Assembly: GCA_902798595.1 (NCBI GenBank)
Contig: CADBXE010000003.1
Location: 10,792-74,791 of the forward strand
Direction: 5' to 3'
Source: an uncultured Erysipelotrichaceae bacterium
GTDB taxonomy: Bacteria > Bacillota_I > Bacilli_A > RFN20 > CAG-826
Length of the DNA: 64,000 nt
Made by a program: the position numbers and the translations under genes. The notes under the pieces were generated by a model. It was not told the origin of the DNA, ran no database searches, and saw only the letters and a program-made list of their open reading frames with translations. Positions 1 through 7,585 of this stretch are shown piece by piece. The first letter of the stretch is position 1, and every line of letters starts with the position of its first letter.

Positions 1-30
1 TGTATAATAGCAAGAAAAGGAAGAGTCCCT

Positions 31-1062
31 ATGTCCATAGTCAACGACATGAAGCATCACTATAAAACAATTGATAAAACGTGTTTTACCGCGAATGTTG
101 TTTATCTATTTTTGCATTTACTCTATTTAGCGCTTTTCTTTGTTGAGAAGTATTATGCTTTGGTTATTGTTACTTCAGCGGTGGTCATGTTTTATGCTCT
201 CTCATTCTTATTAATTAAAAATAAAAAGTATTACCTATATGCATTATTATGCGGTAACGTCTTTTTTGTTTTTGTGTCAGCAACCACGATTATGCTCGGT
301 TTTAATACTGGCTTCCATTTCTTTTTAATTGGTTTGTGCGTTGTTTCTTTCTTCACGTCTTATTTTTCAAAACACAAAAACATTAAAGGCTCTATAGTGT
401 GGGTGGGATTATCCTTAATTATTTATTTAGTTTTGTATTTTGTAACCGCTTTTAATAAGCCACATTACGCTGTAGAAAAATGGTTAGAAATTACTTTATT
501 TACAATAAACGCTATCATGGTCTTTGCTTTTATCTTAGGTTATCTAGTTGTCTTTATTAGATATGCCTTATCTTTGGAAAAGAAGATTATGGATGAATCA
601 AGAACCGATGAATTAACACAAATTAGTAATAGATATGCTTTATATGACTACTTTGAGCAAGAAGAAGATAAGACTAATAAAGCATTGGTGCTTTTTGATA
701 TTGATGACTTTAAAAACGTTAACGATGTGTATGGACACGTGACTGGTGACCGTATTCTAAAGAAAGTTGCAGAAATCACTAATGAAGCACTTAAAGATTC
801 ATTCCTTTGTCGTTATGGTGGAGAAGAATTTGTTGCTGTTTTGGACAATCTAGAAGAAAACCAAGCTTATAACAAGATTGAAGAGTTAAGGAAACTCATT
901 GCAAACCAATCTTTCACATTACGTGATAAAGAAGTAAAAATCACCATTACCGCAGGTATGGTCATTTATCAAAAAGACATGGCCTTAAAGAAGTGGGTCG
1001 AAGCGGCTGATGAGAAGATGTACATCGGTAAAAAATCCGGTAAGAACGTTGTTATTGTCTAA
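31..1062 (+). CDS. Membrane-anchored diguanylate cyclase (GGDEF domain)
   Basis: 343-aa ORF. The N-terminal ~180 aa are strongly hydrophobic (several TM helices). The C-terminal GGDEF domain has DIDDFKNVNDVYGHVTGD and the active-site RYGGEEF motif. Confidence 0.85.
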   Translation: MSIVNDMKHHYKTIDKTCFTANVVYLFLHLLYLALFFVEKYYALVIVTSAVVMFYALSFLLIKNKKYYLYALLCGNVFFVFVSATTIMLGFNTGFHFFLIGLCVVSFFTSYFSKHKNIKGSIVWVGLSLIIYLVLYFVTAFNKPHYAVEKWLEITLFTINAIMVFAFILGYLVVFIRYALSLEKKIMDESRTDELTQISNRYALYDYFEQEEDKTNKALVLFDIDDFKNVNDVYGHVTGDRILKKVAEITNEALKDSFLCRYGGEEFVAVLDNLEENQAYNKIEELRKLIANQSFTLRDKEVKITITAGMVIYQKDMALKKWVEAADEKMYIGKKSGKNVVIV

Positions 1063-1065
1063 CTT

Positions 1066-2319
1066 TTACAATTCAATTCTTTCTGGAAATGCTTCTTTTC
1101 GCATAATACCCCACATCTTATCAATATAAGAAAGGGTATAGAAGTTTTCGTAGTAGTGGTAATAGAAGGCTCCTTTAAGTGTCATAGTGTAAACACCATC
1201 TTTTTCTTTAATATGGCCAAATAACTTAGCAATCCATAATTCAAAGCCATACATCTTCTTAAGCGGGATCCCAAAGAACCTTTCAAAGTCACGCTTATCC
1301 ACTTTCGTGGAATAAGCTGTCCAGAATAAGTAATAAATCATCCTTTGTCTTAATGTGAATCTAATAGTAAGAGATGTCGCTAGTTTAGAATCATTAATTC
1401 TTTTAATGTATTCCTGCACATTAAAGGTATTAATCTTAAATTGATCTTTTAATAACGTAGTAGCGCTGCAACCAAAGCCTAAGAAGTTGTCTCTAGTCAT
1501 TGATGAGTACTTAGCTTCTTTAACACTAGAGAATGTCCAAATAGAATTACGGTCATAGCCTTTTTCTAAACAATAATTGGTAATTTGATCTAACAACTTT
1601 CTCTTTTGCTTTTTAGGCATCGATTTTACTTCACTAGTGGTGAACGTGAAATCGATAAATGGGTAAATAGCGACGTGATTCGCACCTACACTAAAGGCGA
1701 TATCGATATCACTCTTTAAGTCTTCGTATGTTTGATTTGGTAACGCAAAGATAAAGTCCATACTGACTGTTTCAAAAGGTACTTTATTTAACGCTTCTTT
1801 TAACGCTTCTGGATTAACGGTCTTTCTTCCTAAAATGCTTTGATATTTATTTTGGAATGATTGGATGCCAATACTGATTTTAGTGATACCCGCTTCTTTA
1901 AGCATTAATAGTGTTTCTTCATTAACGTTATCAGGATGTAATTCTAAGCCTATACCTTCAGTAATGATGAAGTGTTCATTAACAGCGGTAATAATATCTT
2001 TCAAATAAGAAGCCGCTAAAGCGGGAGTGCCACCGCCAAAATATAAAGAAGTCACTTCTTTTTTACCTTCATATTGACTGCCTACCATATGTATTTCTTT
2101 AATCAATGCTTTGATATATTCATCGCATTGTTCTTTGTTATAGATGACCTTACAGTATGGGCAAAAATTACAAATACTCTTACAAAAAGGAATATGGATA
2201 TATAAACCTAAATTATGACATTCTTGGAATGGCAAAAACTGATCATATTCGTTTTTGAATATGAATGGTTTAGTGCTTCTAGTAAGCCACATTCTTGTTA
2301 AGTTAGTAATAAAACTCAT
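1066..2319 (-). CDS. HemN/HemW-like radical SAM protein (coproporphyrinogen-III oxidase family)
   Basis: 417-aa ORF with YIHIPFCKSICNFCPYC (CxxxCxxC cluster motif) and YFGGGTP, both typical of the HemN-like class. The substrate cannot be told from sequence. Confidence 0.8.
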   Translation of the reverse strand: MSFITNLTRMWLTRSTKPFIFKNEYDQFLPFQECHNLGLYIHIPFCKSICNFCPYCKVIYNKEQCDEYIKALIKEIHMVGSQYEGKKEVTSLYFGGGTPALAASYLKDIITAVNEHFIITEGIGLELHPDNVNEETLLMLKEAGITKISIGIQSFQNKYQSILGRKTVNPEALKEALNKVPFETVSMDFIFALPNQTYEDLKSDIDIAFSVGANHVAIYPFIDFTFTTSEVKSMPKKQKRKLLDQITNYCLEKGYDRNSIWTFSSVKEAKYSSMTRDNFLGFGCSATTLLKDQFKINTFNVQEYIKRINDSKLATSLTIRFTLRQRMIYYLFWTAYSTKVDKRDFERFFGIPLKKMYGFELWIAKLFGHIKEKDGVYTMTLKGAFYYHYYENFYTLSYIDKMWGIMRKEAFPERIEL

Positions 2320-2330
2320 ATTTGTATTCC

Positions 2331-3236
2331 TTAAATATATTTAAGATATGTTCTAAGCATTTCCCAAATAATTTTAAATTTACCTTTAAATAGCAAGGTA
2401 TATTCTGCAACAAAGAAATAACCACATTTTTCACATAATCCTGGTACATCTATGCATCTACCACATGTGGATATTTTACCGTTTTCAATAACTACACATT
2501 GATGACACGGGGTTGGGAAAGTATTGTTAATTAAATATGGGAAGGCACTGATTAAATTAAAGATAGGTGCTTTCTCTTTCTTTTTCATATATTTAATCGT
2601 TTCACAGACTTTAGCTTTCTCTTCTTTAGTGAGGGCTAATTCTTTAGTGTCTGGATATGGGGTATGGAAGTTAAAAGAAACCGCTTTGACATTTTTAGTG
2701 TCTCTTGCCTTACGACAAACATCCGCGACAGAATCTTTGTTGATTTGGTTAATTGCCATATAGAAACAAATATTGTTAGCGGTGGCTTTAGAGATATTTC
2801 CAAATATCTTATCGTAAGTATCACCACGAATGATATTATGATGTTCTTTATCTCCATCTAAACTTAAAAGAATTAAGTTAGCTTCTGGTAAATCAATTGG
2901 CCATGTGCCATTAGTGACCACATTAACAATTAAGAAACCCATCTTTTTAGCTTCGATAACTAAGTCTCTTAATGTCTTATCCCCATCTCTCCACATGAAT
3001 GTTTCACCACCGCAGAAAAAGAGAATACGGACACCCATATCGTATAAAATTTGCATTTCGTTTCTAATTTGAGCGTATGGATGAATAACCGCAGTGATGT
3101 TATTAACGGAGCAGTGCTTGCAGTGTAGATTGCACTTATCAGTGACAATCACTGTTCCCAAGATTGGATCTTTCTTTTTAAATAAAATGGTTTTTATGCC
3201 AAAACCAGCAAATTTCATAAATGATGTGAATTTCAT
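2331..3236 (-). CDS. Radical SAM protein with Cys-rich C-terminal auxiliary-cluster-like region
   Basis: 301-aa ORF with the VTDKCNLHCKHC radical SAM motif. The C-terminus has CHQC..CGRC..CEKC (SPASM/twitch-like). GGAGA RBS upstream. Lies 11 nt upstream of the HemN-like gene on the same strand (probable operon). Confidence 0.75.
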   Translation of the reverse strand: MKFTSFMKFAGFGIKTILFKKKDPILGTVIVTDKCNLHCKHCSVNNITAVIHPYAQIRNEMQILYDMGVRILFFCGGETFMWRDGDKTLRDLVIEAKKMGFLIVNVVTNGTWPIDLPEANLILLSLDGDKEHHNIIRGDTYDKIFGNISKATANNICFYMAINQINKDSVADVCRKARDTKNVKAVSFNFHTPYPDTKELALTKEEKAKVCETIKYMKKKEKAPIFNLISAFPYLINNTFPTPCHQCVVIENGKISTCGRCIDVPGLCEKCGYFFVAEYTLLFKGKFKIIWEMLRTYLKYI

Positions 3237-3452
3237 ATAAACTATTCTCCGTCACTAATAAGACCGACTACATCATAATAAACTGCCAAAGAGATTGCCG
3301 CTAGTAATAAATAAATCGTACATACGACATAAGATAATCGTAACTACTATTAAAAGATATTATGTATATTAGTTAATGAAGTATTTCATCTTAAGGTTCG
3401 TTTAAGTAAACAACTTTATAGTGAAATAAATAGACAATAAAGATAAAGGGGT

Positions 3453-5132
3453 ATGAATATGAGAAACATATTTAAGAAACTCACTTGCTTCACATTGGCT
3501 TTTTTAGTGTTAGGATGCGCAGGCACACGTACCAGTGGTGATAATTCTGAAAACACAAGTAGTGGTTCAAAAGAATCATCCACATCAGTTCCTTCCGTGA
3601 CATCCAGTCAACCAGATACCAAGCCATATGTTGAATCAGTTCCTGAAATTAGATTCACCTCTAATAACGCAAGTGAAATTGATTTCGCTACTAAAGCCAC
3701 TAAGAGTGACTTATCTCGTCCTGAAGTAAGTGGTAAATTTACTGTTACCAATTGTCCTGATTCGTTTAAGAAAACCGATTTAGAAGGCACAATGAAGGTT
3801 AGAGGTAATCAAACCGCAGGTTGGGCTAAGAAAGGCTTTAGAATTAAATTCGGTGGCAAAACAAACCTTTTAGGTTTAAATAACGGTAATAAATATAAGA
3901 AATGGGTCTTATTAGCGGACGCTAAGGACACAACCTTAGTAAGAACTGCTTTAGGCTTATATGTTTCTAGAGGTGTGGTCAGTGATGGTGATAACGTTTG
4001 GGTTAGTGATTACACACCAGTTAACGTTTACCTTAATGACCAATACTGGGGCTTTTACTATTTGTGTGAACAAAAAGAAGTTAAAGAAGGTAGAGTTAAT
4101 CTCCAAGAAGTTCCAGAAACAAGCAAGAGTATCAATATTGGCTATTGTTTTGAATTAGATCATTACGCTGATTCAGCGGGTTCACAAGGCGAAGCTAGTG
4201 AAATGGCTAAAGGTATTGATGGTGATCCAACATTTAGAATGAAGTATTCTCCAAAGATGGAACAAGGTCGTCCAAGCGGTCCTTTAGCGGCGGGTCAAAT
4301 TTGTACCTACACAATGCTTTCTGATATCACTGATGGTCCAGGTACCGAACACGTTCAAGCGGACTACACAAGCGTCGATAGCAGAACCGGTGTACCAAAT
4401 AGCAACGCTCAAAAGACAAGCAATAGTAATCAATTAACATTCATTAGAGACAGAATGGAAGCTTTATACCAAGTTCTCTATAGTGCGGCCATTGATAAGA
4501 AAGCTAAAGAAATCAATGATAGTAACGAAGTCATCAATTCTTCCAAGACCATTCAACAAGTCATGGAACAACACTTCAATTTAAAATCCTGGGTTGATGG
4601 TTATATCATTAATGCCTTCTCTTGCCCACCAGATTTAGGCTACTCATCCTTCTATATGTCATACGACAACACCACTAACGGTGATCATCAATTAAGATAT
4701 GACGTACCATGGGATTTCGATAGTAACTTTGGTAATAGAAATAACTTCTATGTCGACGCTGGAGGCGATACATATGTGGAAAATACATATAACACATGGT
4801 TGTATCTATTAAGCAAACTCTCATTCTTTGTGAACATGGTTAAAACAAAATGGAATCAAATCAGAGAAGCTAAGCTCTTTGAAAACATGTTCAAGATGAT
4901 GAATGAACACTTCGAAAAACACGATGGTGATATTCAAAGAAATCATCAAAAGTGGCCACAAAACGATGCAGCGCATCAACCACCAAACAACTTTGATGAA
5001 ATTAGAGAACCATACAAAGATCCAGCTAAATATAAAGAAGCTGAAGCTGAAACAATTAGCTGGTGCGCTAAACGTGTCAACTTCCTTGAAAAGAAGTGGG
5101 GCAGCGGTAGACCAAACGTCAGCACTAAATAG
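3453..5132 (+). CDS. CotH kinase-family lipoprotein
   Basis: 559-aa ORF. Lipobox LVLGC then a Ser-rich linker. CotH-like motifs KVRGNQTAGWAKKGFRIKF, VYLNDQYWGFYYLCEQ and WDFDSNFGN. The RBS spacing favours the ATG at 3459 as the true start. Confidence 0.75.
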   Translation: MNMRNIFKKLTCFTLAFLVLGCAGTRTSGDNSENTSSGSKESSTSVPSVTSSQPDTKPYVESVPEIRFTSNNASEIDFATKATKSDLSRPEVSGKFTVTNCPDSFKKTDLEGTMKVRGNQTAGWAKKGFRIKFGGKTNLLGLNNGNKYKKWVLLADAKDTTLVRTALGLYVSRGVVSDGDNVWVSDYTPVNVYLNDQYWGFYYLCEQKEVKEGRVNLQEVPETSKSINIGYCFELDHYADSAGSQGEASEMAKGIDGDPTFRMKYSPKMEQGRPSGPLAAGQICTYTMLSDITDGPGTEHVQADYTSVDSRTGVPNSNAQKTSNSNQLTFIRDRMEALYQVLYSAAIDKKAKEINDSNEVINSSKTIQQVMEQHFNLKSWVDGYIINAFSCPPDLGYSSFYMSYDNTTNGDHQLRYDVPWDFDSNFGNRNNFYVDAGGDTYVENTYNTWLYLLSKLSFFVNMVKTKWNQIREAKLFENMFKMMNEHFEKHDGDIQRNHQKWPQNDAAHQPPNNFDEIREPYKDPAKYKEAEAETISWCAKRVNFLEKKWGSGRPNVSTK

Positions 5133-5153
5133 CTAATCACCAATTTATAAAAC

Positions 5154-5182
5154 AAGACTGTCTAGACTTAGGCAGTCTTTTT
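5154..5182 (+). terminator. Rho-independent terminator after the CotH-like gene
   Basis: AGACTGTC...GGCAGTCT stem followed by TTTTT. Confidence 0.7.
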
Positions 5183-5333
5183 CATATACAGAACATGGTC
5201 TGGTATTTGACAATAATATATTTATACGCAATTAATATTATGCATTCCTTTAGGAATGCTCTGACAAGTTTATAAATATATTATTAGGAGGTCAATTATT
5301 ATTTTTATAAAAATAATAGTGTAAGATTTAAGT

Positions 5334-5564
5334 ATGAAAGCATTTTTTGAAGCCATCCAAATAGTTGTTGTGTCAGTATTCCAATCCGCTGTTGCTATTA
5401 TAACTGGCGCATTTGCTATAAAGAATTCCGTTGATACCGTAAAAGATCAAATACTCGCTGCTATATTAGGCATTCCTCTTATAATTATTTCCGTTGCTGG
5501 AATAATAACCGCCATAGTAGGAGTCATTCGATTTATTATTCGGTTGAAAGACAAATTATCATAA
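5334..5564 (+). CDS. Hypothetical small two-TM membrane protein
   Basis: 76-aa hydrophobic ORF. No convincing RBS next to the ATG. Its 3' end overlaps the convergent AraC gene by 6 nt. Confidence 0.35.
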   Translation: MKAFFEAIQIVVVSVFQSAVAIITGAFAIKNSVDTVKDQILAAILGIPLIIISVAGIITAIVGVIRFIIRLKDKLS

Positions 5565-6413
5565 ATATTGATTTCGATATTCGCTTGGAAGCATTTCCAT
5601 TGTTCTTTTAAATGCTTCGGTAAATGTCGATAGGTTTTTATAACCAACTTTATAAGCAATTTCTTGTAATGTTAACTTTTTATTCTTTAGTAATATCTTC
5701 GCATCTGAAGTTCTTCTTTTGTTAAGATGCATGATTGGAGTGTCATGCATATACTTCTTAAATGCTTTAGTGAAGTACGCTAATGAGTAGCCTGAATATT
5801 CAGCAATCTTAGCAATTGTTAAATCTGGATCTTTATAGTTATCTTCGATATAAAGAAGAATTTGCTTCATGTGCTTAGCGTATTTCTTCTCTGGTCTTCT
5901 TTTATCTTCTCCACTTGCTAGACCTAGTTTTACTAACGTATTAGTGATGTTAAACGCTAAGGTGTTGAGTATTTCTGATTTTGGATCCTTGATGTATTCT
6001 TCTTCAAATAGTTTGATCATATCCAAAAACTTATTTCTATAAATATAACGGGTATAGAAATATTGGTTTTTAAAACCCAATCTTTCTTTAATCGCATCAA
6101 CATACTCTCTTTTGATAGTGATAGATATTACTCTACTATGTAGATCGACTTCTAAACCATGATCTACATAAGGATTAACAGGGTAGATAAAACCTACCTC
6201 TCCGATATAGTTGGCTTTTTGATAGCAAAGTAACGGAATAGTGGTCAATGGGATTAGAAATTCATACTCTTCATGGTTATGTTTAAAAGCCTCTAATACT
6301 AGAGTCTTGTCTTCTAATACATTTTCCGCGATAGAAAAATAGTTTAAAGAGTAAATGAAATCATATTTCTTTAACTCATCGACGCTTTTCGCGTGGGCTG
6401 TTCTGACACTCAT
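5559..6413 (-). CDS. AraC-family transcriptional regulator
   Basis: 284-aa ORF. The C-terminal double HTH (IAKIAEYSGYSLAYFTKAFKKY ... LQEIAYKVGYKNLSTFTEAFKR) is typical of AraC/XylS. Confidence 0.85.
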   Translation of the reverse strand: MSVRTAHAKSVDELKKYDFIYSLNYFSIAENVLEDKTLVLEAFKHNHEEYEFLIPLTTIPLLCYQKANYIGEVGFIYPVNPYVDHGLEVDLHSRVISITIKREYVDAIKERLGFKNQYFYTRYIYRNKFLDMIKLFEEEYIKDPKSEILNTLAFNITNTLVKLGLASGEDKRRPEKKYAKHMKQILLYIEDNYKDPDLTIAKIAEYSGYSLAYFTKAFKKYMHDTPIMHLNKRRTSDAKILLKNKKLTLQEIAYKVGYKNLSTFTEAFKRTMEMLPSEYRNQYL

Positions 6414-6580
6414 AGGTTGTTCCGTTCTAATTTAGCACAATATTTATTGATGAAAACACACAATTTACACATTTTAAAAACTGTAAACTCATGATAGGTC
6501 ATTTCAAATATTTGTCTTTAATTGATTTAGGGAACCATATCAGGTTTTTATTAACAAATATAATAAAAGAAAGGAGATTT

Positions 6581-7270
6581 ATGTTTATGAAGCACAAACT
6601 TTTATTAGTTTTACCAATGATGTTCCTTCTTACCGCTTGTGACTTATCAAGCATATTTGGTAACAACGATAATAGTTCAACATCATCTAATAAGAAAGAA
6701 ACACTAGAACAAATGATGAATAAGGAGACCATCGCTCATGATGGTAGTGAGAAAACTCGTGATGAGTTTCTCTCTTTGGCCCCTAATAATCAAACATTAT
6801 CCGCGGAGGCAAGAGGGTACAATTACTGCACAGTTAGTTATTCTGCAGCCTATAACCAAATTAAAGATGAATTAGACAAGATGGGTAATCCAACCTATTA
6901 CATCAAACAATTTAGAGAAGAAGAAACTTATTATTGGGAGCAAGATAAGAAAGGTAACACCTTTGAAATTAACTACACTGATACATCTGATAACTACATC
7001 TATGGGACGGTGGAAAGCTTGGTCAAAACTTCAGAAAGAGAAATTGCTCAAAATATTGGTAAGTTCTATGTCGCTAGTGATAGTTACTATGCAGTGTTCC
7101 GCTATAAAACAAATACCGGCAAAAATACTTGGTACTACAGAAGAGAATTCAAGTGGAACAAAAATGGAGACATTTTAGCCGCTGATATCTTCGCTGGTCT
7201 AGATTACGATGGCTCAGAACAACATGAAAACTGGGCTATGACATTTGCCTATTCCACAAAAACAGCATAA
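6581..7270 (+). CDS. Hypothetical lipoprotein
   Basis: The track ORF starts at 6491, but AAGGAG (6572-6577) precedes the ATG at 6581. The product starts MFMKHKLLLVLPMMFLLTAC (signal peptide + lipobox). Confidence 0.7.
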   Translation: MFMKHKLLLVLPMMFLLTACDLSSIFGNNDNSSTSSNKKETLEQMMNKETIAHDGSEKTRDEFLSLAPNNQTLSAEARGYNYCTVSYSAAYNQIKDELDKMGNPTYYIKQFREEETYYWEQDKKGNTFEINYTDTSDNYIYGTVESLVKTSEREIAQNIGKFYVASDSYYAVFRYKTNTGKNTWYYRREFKWNKNGDILAADIFAGLDYDGSEQHENWAMTFAYSTKTA

Positions 7271-7287
7271 TTAGTTAACTAAAAAAC

Positions 7288-7326
7288 AAAGACCTTTCAC
7301 AAACGAGATGAAGGGTCTTTTTCTTT
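7288..7326 (+). terminator. Rho-independent terminator
   Basis: AAAGACCTTT...AAGGGTCTTT stem followed by a T-run. Confidence 0.7.
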
Positions 7327-7435
7327 TAAACAAAACATATTATTTGTCATTTTAATAACAATACCTTAACAATAATAGCGATATTTCATATTTATATATT
7401 GATATATAGCGGTGTTTAAGATATTATCAAAATCG

Positions 7436-7464
7436 TTGAAATATTGAGTATAAGGTCATAGTAT
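7436..7464 (+). promoter_or_regulatory. Sigma-70-like promoter for the 7586 surface-protein gene
   Basis: TTGAAA-N17-TAGTAT. This would give a ~115-nt leader before the AGGAGA RBS and the ATG at 7586. Confidence 0.45.
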
Positions 7465-7585
7465 GGTTGACCGTTTCTACATAGCACCGTTACTGCTATA
7501 CTACTCATTCATATTTTGTGAATGTTTATATACTCATATTAATTGTTCAACTCCCTAAGGGTTTTTTCGTGAAAGGAGAAAGCTT

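Noticed and set aside
6491-6580. N-terminal extensions of track ORFs (6491, 30913, 43103, 41836-41928 on the minus strand, 49610, 56399, 22122, 23331)
   Set aside because: In each case an internal ATG with an RBS or stop-start overlap yields a canonical signal peptide/lipobox or domain start. The upstream extension lacks an RBS and often begins at a non-ATG codon or overlaps the previous gene.
7465-7585. The ~115-nt leader of the first surface-protein gene as a regulatory RNA, including the shared word ATTAATTGTTC in the leaders at ~7540 and ~10612
   Set aside because: There is only an 11-nt shared AT-rich word and a weak CCC-TAA-GGG hairpin. That is insufficient to claim a structured element.
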